Origin: Toensbergia leucococca | Lineage: Eukaryota | Direction: 5' to 3' | Assembly: GCA_022813965.1 (NCBI GenBank) | Contig: JALDZS010000118.1 | Location: forward strand, 1-64,000 | Length of the DNA stretch: 64,000 nucleotides | Part shown: in pieces, positions 53,706-64,000 of the stretch | Position numbering within the stretch: position 1 is the stretch's first letter | Layout of the letters: every line of letters starts with the position of its first letter | Program-made: the position numbers and the translations under genes | Notes under the pieces: model-generated | Databases searched by the model: none | The model's input: the letters and a program-made list of their open reading frames with translations, nothing else | What the model was told of the DNA's origin: nothing

Positions 53706-56251
53706 TTATCCCAGCGTCCGACTACCACTGACGATTCCTTGGCTTGAGCCTCGTAAGCTCGGCAACCCGGGTCTAGTTACACTAACATGGCTGAAATCGG
53801 GGCTGAAAGTCTCGGATCTTCGCTGCCCATCCCAGCCTTCTTCACTCAGCACGCTCAACCAATTACTCCCAACTTCATTTTTCAAAGCTTCGACCCTCCG
53901 CCGATATGCTTCTCCATTGAAAGCTGGGTTCTGCAAGTCACTTGCTAGGGAAGGGACATTGTCGGATAACGCAGGCGGCACGGCAGATTGAGAGCGCGTT
54001 ATTTCTGGTTTATGCCACTGTGCTTCTGCAAGCTGATGAACCCGATCTTGCGGTTCATGAGGAGAATGCGGTTTTCTCGGGTGGGAGCCAATGCAACTCG
54101 TATCATGCGGTGAGTCTATCATCGTGGTACTTAATATGGGAGAAGGATTCTCTGCGGGTTGTCGAGGGTAAACGACGGGGGGACTCTCGTCCTTGGACAA
54201 GTCAACTATCCTCCGCCTGGGACCTTTTCTTCGGCGGTTAGAACCCATAGTGATATCGCCTGGTGCAGCTTGAGACCGTGGCTGCTTCTCGAATTTTGCC
54301 ACCCCATCGTCAACGGTATCTATGGATGTCGATTTTCTGGTCTCGGGTGAATGGTCAAGCACCATGTCTACATGCGAAGGCTTGACCACAAGGACTCCTT
54401 CTGGCTCGATAACGCGATCTCTTAATTGCCTCCTCTCGCTGTACCCAGGCCCTGAAGCGTCAATGATTACATCTTCGGAATAGCCCGGGGTGCTTCGGAA
54501 AATGTTGAAGATTGTGACTCGATGATTGCCGTGAGTCTTTACGAACGGGTTGCTAGCCACCCATATTTCATGAATATCTGGAATACCTGAAAGCCTTGCC
54601 ATCTCTGTTGGATCTGGTATCCTATTGTCGCGAAGGTCGAGGCGTTCTAAAGACAGAAGTCTTTCCACTCCCGCGATTGAGGTAAGCCGATTTGCTCGGA
54701 GGTTCAGTGCAGTAATTGCAGGTAAAGGATTCCTCTTTAGGGAGTGCAAAGATTCAATCATGCAGTTAGATAAGTTCAGAGCGCGTAAAGCTGTCAACGT
54801 TGCCAAACAGTCGGGGATCTCTGAAAACAAATTCGAAGACAAATCCATCGAATGCAAGGTATCTGCCAGCGGCGCAAGGCCCGAAGCGGTCATTGAGGTC
54901 ATCGAATTATCAGCAAGGCTGAGGTGCCTTAAGAATCTCCATTTCGACGCAGGAAGTATACCCATTGATAGTAAATTGGAGGAACTTGCGACGCGTTGTG
55001 GTCCATTGGACTGTGTACTTGAGGTTGAGCTGACCGATCCTGAGCGTTTGGTTTTATTGCCACCACTTCTTCCGTGCCTATAAGAGGTATCTTGCCTCGA
55101 GCTTGTAGGACGACTCGGGGATGTACTTTTCGTTCGCGGCCGATGATGCGACTTCGCACCATCAGAATCGCCTCGGAGCAAGATATGGCTTCGCGGACTT
55201 GCACTCTGGCTGAGCTTATCCTCGACCTTTGGAGAACCAGGAGATGAGTTTGCTCGTCCAAGATCGCCATGACGCAGAGAAGGACTCGGAGGCCAGGCTA
55301 GTACTGGAGAGCTCTGAGATTTGGATGAGCGCTTGCGCCGCTTATCCATATCATCCAGCACGACCCCAATCAAGAGGTCAGTCGGGTCCTCAACATTAGC
55401 TCGTTTCACTAATAGTGAACGAAGTTGCTCCGCCAACCGATCCCAACCAAAAAATTGGCGGAAATCTACATCACAGATCTCAAGAGCGCTAACATTTTTA
55501 AATGCAAGTAAAGGGACAGCAGTATCGAAGGGAAACTCCTCATAGCCTCCTATCAGACGGGCTTTACGGTTTGGTGAGAGTCGTAGGCAAGGGATCTTAG
55601 TGAATGACGAATACAAGTATTTCAGATCTCCTTTAAGCTGGGCTTTCGCCTTCTCGGTCTTCGCTGCTTTGTTCGATGATCCGATACCGAAATTAGACCA
55701 TAAAGCAGACATGCCGGTCATCACACTTCGAACACTGGAAACAGAATGCACCGAATCTCGCTCGCTCCTACCTTTGGATCGTTGCGACTGACTCAGGAAA
55801 GACACGTAATTGGCCGGTGATGAATCAGCATGGAGGTTTTCTAAACGCACATTCATAGGCCCGATCACTATACCAAGATCCTCGAAGCAAGACAAAAGAT
55901 AGAAGAGATGATGAGGTGTCAAGGTCAACTTTGCGGGCTTAATGTTTTGCGATGCAAAATTCAACGTGCCCAGTGAGAGTGCAGCGGCCAAGGCATTCGA
56001 TGTCGAAGGTGCAGAAGCCAAGCCCTGCTGAGTGGTGGTGCTGATGGGGGAGGCGTCCCCACCGAGTAAGCTTGATTGTCCATTTTTCGCGCCTTGCCGT
56101 CGCAGCTGCAAGGCATTCGCGAGAGCTTTCTCATGTGTTCGTACAAATTGCGCTAAGTTCTGATTGGAATTAGTCTCACAGTACTCCACGCGTGTAACTC
56201 TGCCTCCAACAATCTGACCTTTGTAAACAATTCTCCATCCTCGGAATCCAT
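53706..56251 (-). CDS. Leucine-rich repeat protein; exon 1 56251-56219, exon 2 56159-53706
   Basis: MDSEDGELFTK|NLAQFVRTHEKALANAL; LRRs LRHLSLADN, LHSMDLSSN, LRALNLSNC, LNLRAN, LERLDLRDN. Confidence 0.88.
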
Positions 56252-57990
56252 AATAAGCAATACATGGAGTTACTTCTTCCAACGTGGATATAGCGACGTG
56301 GTTCAGGACTTGATGTATGCCGTGGGGCTCGCAGAATAAGTTGTCGCTTCGCTCAGTATAATGGAGACGGCAGCAGCCAGGCAGAATGGAGCGACGAGTA
56401 TGATAGAACAGGTTTGCACAATGAGATGACGAATGCACGGCGTTTTAAGGTATTCGAAGTAGGAACTAGGGGAGAAATAGGGTCGGAAGGTGATGGCTAG
56501 ATAGTATTAAATGAACACCTTGAGTGCCTTGGGACAGGGACAGCGGTGGTAGTTGGGCAAAGATATCCGTGGTGGAGATCAGTAAAAGTGGCTAGGGTAA
56601 TTTCGCTTTCGCGTGCGGGAGCAGTTGACGCAGCCACCACAGCAGAAAGCACAGGATGCGGGGATAGTTCTCGATCAGCAACGGCGATGAAACAGAGTTC
56701 AGAAGATGCACAGTCGTGGTTCGTGGGGTGTGTTGAGTGTGTTGAGTAAGTCATGTCACCGAGGACAGCAGCTCGTGGGGGCAAGCATGTAAGGTAGAGG
56801 GTAGTTAGAGGTACGAGTACAAAGGTAGACTAGAGGCTTTATAGTTCCCTTTCCTCGACCGCACCTTATCTCAAGACCTGATTCTTTTTTTATCGGCTGG
56901 TTATCACAGGGTCCACTTCAATTTCACATCAAAATAAGAGTGAGGTATCAATGCTGGGTCTAAGAGTTAAGTACATGTACTAAAATGCCGTCATCTGAAC
57001 TCGAGCCTCTCTCGTTTTCTCGCAGCCGATGCTGATTCGTTCTAATCCCGCGTCGTGTTTCTACCCACCGCTAGCATCAGCATTCGTTTCGAACAACGAC
57101 GACATGAATGTTACCATGATTCCCGAGTCAGCAAGTGTCCGATGCCAGATGAAGGTTACTGCAGCTCTGCAGCTAGCCCACATCCACGATGGCCACTGCC
57201 CGAGATATGGCTCCACCGCCACCCGAGGCGTCATCTGCAGTAGCTTCTTGTGAGCTGCTCCTACAACATTATTGAAACTCATGCGTCTGGACTCTTTGAG
57301 GAGTTTAGTTCCAGTGTCCAAGCTTCATAGATCTACCTATCGACTTTGAATTCCCTGACACTAAAATGATCTGGCAGCGCTAATTGTTTCTCCCGTGGTC
57401 CAGAACCCGAGGACGAAGACAGCCAACATGTCCTTCGAAGCAAAAGCTTAAGACTGACGGAAGAGTCGATAGCCATCGGTTTTGGAGTTGGCAGTCATTC
57501 TAGAAACATTGGTTTGAGAGAATGAGAGGATGCGTGACAACACCTGACATGCTCACTTCGAATACAGGGTCGGTCCTCGTACTCGTACTCCTTCAGTAGA
57601 GTGCTAACAGTGATGGATTCAAGCGACCTAGAAATATAGTGCTTGGGAGGAGTGCGTGCAATAGTCGTGTGACTGATCGCTTCTCCACAGTCCTCCAGGC
57701 GCAGAGAGACTTTTCTTGTACAGCGATGTTGAGATTTACATTAGATGAAGAGTGAGCTCGTTTTATGTAGATGATTACATACCATGTCTAGTCAATAGGT
57801 ATCATCTGTCTGATTTAGGTAACCTAGAATACCACATGCCCCCTGCCAATCAGACGTTACCACCTACATACCTAATGTTGCTCCTTGCTCTCCAGCTCGA
57901 CTTCATGCATGTTTCATACCAGCTATTTACGTACATAAAAGACCGCTTCCCTTAGCTTGTGCATCTATCAACCATCTCATATTTCACAAT

Positions 57991-60135
57991 ATGGCGGATA
58001 TGAGGAAAGCCACCAATGGGCCCTCACCATACGCTAATGTTGCCTATGGCCCTTCACAAATCCCCGACTTTGACGTCGAATTCGTCGATGACGCTGACAT
58101 TGAAGAGTTTGCAAAGGCTTTGAGGGCCCCAGAATCCTCTCCTGTGATTGCGCTTAATGACTGGCGTCCTGTACACCAACGCGTCAGGAAGAAAGGGCCT
58201 CGAAGTCGAAGCCGCAAAAAACCAACTAAAAGGAGTAAGGATGAGACCCGGGAGGGTTTCGCGTATACTATACTCAAGTGGCCTTTGTTGGTGGTCGTAT
58301 TTGGCTGGTTGTTTGCTCTTGGATTGACTTATCTGTCCACGAGACTATACATTTGGAGTTACGAGCGTCTAATAACATGGAGAGGGCAACGCCAAAGATT
58401 ACGAAGAAACGTGCAGGTGAAGACAAATTACGCCGACTGGAAGAGTGCCGCCACAGACCTCGATATATACCTGGGCAATGAGCAATGGAAAGAGATGGAC
58501 AGCTACGCATACTATGACCATGTCACGGTGATGAAGGTCAAGGACCAGCTCCAAGCCCGTCGGACACGAGCCATGGCCGAAGAAGCCCAGAGTGGTGCTT
58601 CTTCGAGAGAGGCTGTAGAAGAGCTGAGGAATCTTGTGGAGGCCAGCGTCAAAAATAACTTTGCCGGTGTGGAGAATCCACGGCTCTACAGTGAGACTTA
58701 CTATGGGACAAAGTACCTAGCTCAAGATTTTGTCGACGAACTTCACAGGTCTCTGGCGTTCCTTCTGCGATCACCCCAGCTGGGTCCGGCAGAAAGGTAC
58801 TCGCTCTCTAAACATCTACATACCAACTTTGGCCGTACAGCGCTCTGTTTATCTGGCGGTGCTGGCTTTGCGTGGTATCACTTTGGCGTGGCTAAGGCGC
58901 TTCTTGACGCTTCTCTACTTCCCGAGGTCATCACCGGTACTTCAGGCGGGGCTCTTGTAGCTGCCTTGGTGGCTACGAGGACCAACGACGAGCTCAAAAA
59001 GCTTCTTGTCCCAGCTCTCGCGCATAGGTTCCATGGTCTCAGTGATCCGTTCCATGTATGGATTGGCCGATTGTACCGCACAGGCGCTCGTTACGATTCG
59101 CTGGCGCTGGCTCGCAACTGCGGCTGGTTCTGCCGTGGCAGCACGACCTTCCGTGAGGCATTCGAGCGTACAGGGCGGATTCTTAATGTCACCTGCGTTC
59201 CGTCGGATCCACACTCCCCAACTATCCTCACTAATTACGTTACCGCTCCAGATTGTGTGATATGGTCTGCAGTGCTCGCCTCTGCTGCCGTTCCCGGTGT
59301 CATCAATCCAGTAGTGTTAATGACAAAGACCAGTGACGGTACTTTAGCTCCCTACTCATTTGGGCACAAATGGAAAGATGGCAGCTTACGAACAGACATT
59401 CCTTTGAAATCACTCAATCTGCACTTTAACGTGAATTTTAGCATTGTCAGCCAAGTAAATCCTCACATCAATCTCTTTTTTTTCTCTTCCCGAGGCACCG
59501 TTGGGCGACCAGTGACACACCGCAAAGGACGTGGTTGGCGAGGTGGGTTCCTTGGCAGTTCTATCGAGACGTATTTGAAGCTGGACCTTAACAAATGGCT
59601 CAAGGTTCTCAGGCACCTCGAACTGCTGCCTCGGCCACTGGGCCAGGATTGGTCAGAAATTTGGCTTCAACGATTCAGCGGAACGGTAACGATCTGGCCT
59701 AAGTGCCAGGCCAGTGATTATTATTACATCCTTGCTGATCCTTCTCCCGAAAGGCTGGCTAGGATGATACAAGTCGGGCAACAGTCTACGTTTCCAAGAT
59801 TGTTGTTCATCGCGAATCGAATGAAGATTGAAAATTTAATCGACCAGGGGCTAGTTCAGGGAAGACAAGACAAACATCTAGGCGACGCTGCGGCACCAAA
59901 GGAATATGAAAGAGTACGCCTACAGGAAAAGGCGACGAGGAGTTCCCCAGATTCGTCGGCCGATGACGAGCGGCCTCTTTTCCCGCAACGAGACAGGCGG
60001 TCAGGCATGATGGAGGAGTTCAGAAGGCAAAGTGGGGTTTTCTTTGATGATCTAGAGGGCGATGGTGATGAGTCGGATGGAAGCGAGGAGGAAGCGAGCG
60101 CTGTTGACGATGGGCTCACGATGAATGGTCGATGA
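57991..60135 (+). CDS. Patatin-like phospholipase / Tgl3-Tgl4-type triacylglycerol lipase
   Basis: GRTALCLSGG, GTSGG nucleophile motif, ASAAVPG, WKDGSLRTDIP; N-terminal hydrophobic segment. Confidence 0.93.
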   Translation: MADMRKATNGPSPYANVAYGPSQIPDFDVEFVDDADIEEFAKALRAPESSPVIALNDWRPVHQRVRKKGPRSRSRKKPTKRSKDETREGFAYTILKWPLLVVVFGWLFALGLTYLSTRLYIWSYERLITWRGQRQRLRRNVQVKTNYADWKSAATDLDIYLGNEQWKEMDSYAYYDHVTVMKVKDQLQARRTRAMAEEAQSGASSREAVEELRNLVEASVKNNFAGVENPRLYSETYYGTKYLAQDFVDELHRSLAFLLRSPQLGPAERYSLSKHLHTNFGRTALCLSGGAGFAWYHFGVAKALLDASLLPEVITGTSGGALVAALVATRTNDELKKLLVPALAHRFHGLSDPFHVWIGRLYRTGARYDSLALARNCGWFCRGSTTFREAFERTGRILNVTCVPSDPHSPTILTNYVTAPDCVIWSAVLASAAVPGVINPVVLMTKTSDGTLAPYSFGHKWKDGSLRTDIPLKSLNLHFNVNFSIVSQVNPHINLFFFSSRGTVGRPVTHRKGRGWRGGFLGSSIETYLKLDLNKWLKVLRHLELLPRPLGQDWSEIWLQRFSGTVTIWPKCQASDYYYILADPSPERLARMIQVGQQSTFPRLLFIANRMKIENLIDQGLVQGRQDKHLGDAAAPKEYERVRLQEKATRSSPDSSADDERPLFPQRDRRSGMMEEFRRQSGVFFDDLEGDGDESDGSEEEASAVDDGLTMNGR

Positions 60136-60331
60136 TCCGGAACGCCAAGTTCTCGGGCATTCTTGGCCGGATGGAGTGAGGAGTAACATCTTGTAAGATT
60201 CATGCAAGATTAGTGACCAAGAGCATGTATTTTTTAGTGAATACAAATATGACCAAATATCATATGTCCGTTCCCAGTCACCCAAGCGCCAAATCAACAT
60301 GGGGCGCCACCGCCTGCATAAGACGAGTCCA

Positions 60332-61978
60332 TTACATTTCCATCATGTCGCCTTGACTCCCTGCGCTCCCAGCTTTTTGGCCGCTGGCAAGCAGGTAACT
60401 CCGCTTGAAGTAAGTATTCGGATGCACAATCGTGTCCAGTTCCGCCGCGCCCCATGTCCCGTCCTCCTTCACCCGCCGAATGTTTCCACGGTGCGCCCAT
60501 TCGAACACCCGGTTGCACGCAATATGGAATCTCTTCTTCTCAACATCTTCCTTGATCCCCTTTAGCACATCCCGGTCTGTGACCCCAGTCGCTTGGAGTA
60601 ATCCATTGAGGTTGTCGATGCTGAAGTGGCGGTATGGACACCCGTGACTTTCTCCGCTACCGGGTGGATGTTCTGTGAGAATTTTCTGGCACGAGAAAGG
60701 GGAGTAGCCACGTCCACGTCGAATTGCATCTCCACCCACGTCCCCGTAAGCATGCCGGACATTGTAACGATACTCTTTGTTGAAGGTATCGTCAGTGATG
60801 AGCTTGAAGGATTGACGCCAGAACATTAGGCAGTCTTCCATACTCAGGCCGAGGCCTTTGAGAAAAAGGGTATATTGAAGGCGGCCAAAGTGTTTCAAGT
60901 GGCTGTTTTTTCGGAGAGTCATGTGCAGATTCCGCATGCAAAGAGGGAAGTGCTGAGATAAATTATCGATTGAGTTGGCATTGATAAAAGCTCCTGGAAG
61001 ACCCGTATCCGAATCCGAGAGAGTGGAGTCTGGTGTTGAGAAGTTCTTGGACAGATGGTTCAGAATCGGGGTTAGCCGATCGTCCTCGTCAAGTCGAGGG
61101 AGGGCACGAGCAGTCATCTGATCTGGGGATTAATGGATTTTGTTTCAATGGATGTCTTGGAAAAGATAAAATTGCTTACTCCTAATGCTTTATCTAACCT
61201 CGCGCCAAATTCTGCAAGAACCATACTCATTTGCTCCCTGACAGGCACATAGGCCTTCCCAGCCCGGAGATATACTCGGCGGCTCTCTACCAGTTCTGCT
61301 ACGGTCTCAAAGTTTACTTTGAACCATCCTCCGTCCTCAACCTCCTGCCGTTTAAGGCCCGGTGTTGCATTGAGGAGATCAACTCCCAACTGAAGTTTTT
61401 CCTCTTCAGAGACGACTTCCCACTCGAAGTTCAAAGACTCGACAAACATTTGCCGCTCCTTTGCGTCATCGGTTTGAAAGCGAAGCTTAAATAGGGCGCT
61501 CTCAACACGTGCAAATCGTCGGCGCAGGTCCTCGGTAGATGAGAAAGCAAGGCGGAGGATGAAATGTGAGTAATGGTCTTTCTGGCGTTCCAGTCGGATT
61601 TTTCCGTCTCTCGAAGCGGCTGAACAAGAGGTATTAGATGACAGCGGAAGATATTTGTGGAGGAAGGGAGTCATGTGTGCTGCCGTCTCGGTGGGAGTCC
61701 TGTTGCGAAAAGAGCATGCTTCGAGCTCGGCGAGGACTAGCAATAATCAGTCCCAAGACGTTGGTGCTTTCTTGAAAAGAGACAGTACTTCTCAGCCGGT
61801 CAATTGCCCATTGCTCGAACTGCTCAAGCGTGATCTCAGCGGTGGGGGGAAGTTCGTAGAGGTTCAAGCGGCAGGAGTAATCGTGCTCTTTATAGATCGG
61901 ACTTGCAAATTGCTTCTTCTTATGATCGATGGCATTTCTTCGCTTGGGATCAATGCGATTGGAGTCCTGCCGAATCAT
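60332..61978 (-). CDS. PRI2: DNA primase large subunit (2 introns)
   Basis: PPTAEITLEQFEQWAIDRL, KDHYSHFILRLAF, HFPLCM, HLKHFGRLQYTLFLKG, HGCPY, HPNTYF (4Fe-4S domain). Confidence 0.96.
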
Positions 61979-62639
61979 TACGACGATTAAGTGGAACTGG
62001 TGGAGTGGGTTTGGCGTTGGACGCGTAGAAGTAGATAAAATAGGCTCACACCGAAGCCGTGTTTCAAGCGCGGTTCATCGGTTCGGCGCTATTCTAGACT
62101 ACCTTACCTACCATGTACTCGTAAAATAGACTTACCATGAGGACATCTCACCGTCTCACGCTGGGGATGCCGGGCAGTAAGGGTGGATCTAATGCAGGTA
62201 TTTTGTTATCACTCTATGTTGTAGAACTTTTGTAATGTTACCTACATCGCACGAGAACGAGTAGTGCTACGAGCGCACTATTTGTTACAGTCCTATTCTT
62301 TACTTAAAGTCTGCATTCATACAGCAGTCAAGACAAGATTAGTGCCCAAGACATTCCAATTACTTCCATCATTCTGAACCGTGATCCAATGCAGGCGGAG
62401 ATTTGGAACTATTTATTTCCCTCGTATTAAATATGTCAGGTGTCCAGCACCGCGAGCTTCAACTAGCTACCCAAAAATTCCAGTCAGATTGAACCGCTCA
62501 TTAATCAATCAGCATGTAATCCTTCATGACAGCCATGACATCGTACCGAGCGCTGATGCCGCCACGATCCCATCCAAAGCAATCGTTCAAGAACCGACGC
62601 AGACATTCGTGGTATAAATACAGGCCCAACACCTACCCT

Positions 62640-63065
62640 TCATGACATCAATCGCTGAATATCTACATCATCCTGCTCCCACGGCCCCTTTTCTTCGTCC
62701 GTGGCCTTGTGGAACGCTTCGGCCCGCTTGACCGTCTCGATATCGAGATCCGTAACGTAAGACTTGCCGTCACCTAGACGCATGCGAACTTCAAATTCGT
62801 TGTCAAGCATCATATCATCTTTCCATAGTCGTCTTGGTCCATCGAAGACGCACAAAACCCTCTTCTTCATCTTCATCTTCTCTGCTGAGCAACCCCACGA
62901 GAGTGGGTAGTGCTTTCTTTTCTTGCGACCCTTCCCAACCAAAGGAACGCCCCCTTTTGAGCAGGTCATGCCCTGGCGCTTACCACCAGAGCTGCCTCTA
63001 CCAGGCTTTGTAATGGAGTTACCACCCCCGAAGTGCGTAGCGACACCACGGGAGTGTGCTGATTG
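62640..63065 (-). CDS. In-frame C-terminal extension (141 aa) of the C2H2 factor beyond the TGA, a putative readthrough segment
   Basis: Same frame as the upstream ORF with no further stop until 62642-62640. Domain-like sequence KKRKHYPLSWG...RVLCVFDGPRRLWKDDMML...YVTDLD. Confidence 0.75.
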   Translation of the reverse strand, partial: QSAHSRGVATHFGGGNSITKPGRGSSGGKRQGMTCSKGGVPLVGKGRKKRKHYPLSWGCSAEKMKMKKRVLCVFDGPRRLWKDDMMLDNEFEVRMRLGDGKSYVTDLDIETVKRAEAFHKATDEEKGPWEQDDVDIQRLMS

Positions 63066-64000
63066 TCAACACGAACTTCCTTTACCGGGCTTGATCGTGC
63101 CCTTGCCAGAGCGAGCGTTCAATCGGGCCGCCCCAGTCCAGCTGCCGTTTGGGTCCTCTTCTTTCGAGTCTATATCATCCTCATCTTCGTCCTCCTCATC
63201 AATCGCCGTGTCTTCCTGTGCCGTATAATCCAATCCTGTAGGGATCATATGGCGATCCAGGGTTTCCTGAACCGCTTTGTCGTTGGCTACTTCAGCTAGC
63301 CGCTGCTCATTGATGGCTTCGCTTGGTTCTTCTTGCTGTACTACGCGAAGAACGCAGTCATCCAGATGCTCATAGAAGTCCTGCGCATTGTTGAACATCG
63401 CGGAGCATGTCGAACATTTTCCGGCATCGGGAGGGCAACTCGAAATCTTCTTTGTCGAGGATGCGAAAGGGCTCTTCCTGCGGCTGTTAGGCGGGGTTTG
63501 CTCGACGCCATGGACAGAAGTCAGATGACGCTTGAAAACATCAGCGCGGTTAAAGCTTTTCTCCGCTGCGGATCCGGAACCTGGACAAAAGCCGCAGACC
63601 ATAGTGCCTTTGTAATGAGTCAAAGTGTGCCGGTTCTTGTCATATTTGCGAGCGAAGCCCTTCTGGTGGTACTCGCAAGTGATAATTGGGCATTTCTCAG
63701 GACGCTCGGATTGATGAGTGAGCATGTGGGCTTTGAGATCCTTGAAAAGTCTGCCGCAGTCAGGATTGGGACATCGGCCTCTTTCCTTGCCGTCTTCATC
63801 GAATCCAATGCTAGTCGAGCGTAGGCTCTCCTGAGAATAGCGTGAATGATTTGATGTTATCGAAAGCCTACGGGCTTCTGATGTTTGTGGGTATGGTAGA
63901 TAGGATGAGTTATGAAGGTATGGGGAAGCAGTGCCACTCTTGAATCTGGCCGATCCGGGTCGATGCGAATCCTGGCTTGACGTATCCGAAGGTGCTGGAG
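63066..64000 (-). CDS. C2H2 zinc-finger transcription factor, 5' part outside the window; first stop TGA at 63068-63066
   Basis: Frame open from 63998. Fingers CPNPDC...HMLTH, CPIITC...HTLTH, CGFC...HLTSVH, CSTC...HLDDC. Confidence 0.9.
   Translation of the reverse strand, partial: PAPSDTSSQDSHRPGSARFKSGTASPYLHNSSYLPYPQTSEARRLSITSNHSRYSQESLRSTSIGFDEDGKERGRCPNPDCGRLFKDLKAHMLTHQSERPEKCPIITCEYHQKGFARKYDKNRHTLTHYKGTMVCGFCPGSGSAAEKSFNRADVFKRHLTSVHGVEQTPPNSRRKSPFASSTKKISSCPPDAGKCSTCSAMFNNAQDFYEHLDDCVLRVVQQEEPSEAINEQRLAEVANDKAVQETLDRHMIPTGLDYTAQEDTAIDEEDEDEDDIDSKEEDPNGSWTGAARLNARSGKGTIKPGKGSSC

Noticed and set aside
63066..63071. Cys-UGA read as a selenocysteine motif
   Set aside because: Dikarya are not known to have Sec machinery and no SECIS was recognised; the context matches a leaky stop instead.
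63059..63085. 27-nt GT...AG intron (GTAAAG...TTGAC...CAG) that would remove the TGA in frame
   Set aside because: Far shorter than the other introns here (about 50 nt or more) and the branch site is only a few nt from the AG. Readthrough is preferred, but RNA-seq is needed to exclude it.

Overview
Eukaryotic (filamentous ascomycete, Pezizomycotina-type) genomic DNA in two compartments. (1) About 1-19.4 kb is an AT-rich, CpG-depleted block of nested LTR retrotransposons mutated by RIP-like C>T/G>A changes. It holds a full-length Ty3/Gypsy chromovirus (4165-17076, TSD CATGT) interrupted by a solo LTR (9807-10022) and by a 3.6-kb gag-protease-only LTR element (10264-13835, TSD AAATA). It also holds a second copy of that short element (1-3182), another solo LTR (17839-18002, TSD GTATT) and tandem repeats. 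(2) About 19.8-64 kb is gene-dense and intron-containing: ETFRF1/LYRM5-like, CCR4, high-affinity cAMP PDE, a SelW/Rdx-family protein, G-protein gamma, eIF3a, NAT3, ATP16, SAR1, PP1, an LRR protein, a patatin lipase, PRI2, several hypothetical proteins and a 5'-truncated C2H2 transcription factor. Top finding: the C2H2 factor has an in-frame UGA followed by the leaky-stop hexamer CAAUCA (CARYYA), a stem-loop and 141 further open codons, suggesting programmed stop-codon readthrough. Also notable: a PP1 alternative 3' intron that swaps the TPPR-containing tail for FGRR, a GC-rich MITE-like foldback, and recurring GTACTC(C)GTAC palindromes in promoters. Exon boundaries and family names were assigned by eye and from recalled motifs; no searches were run.
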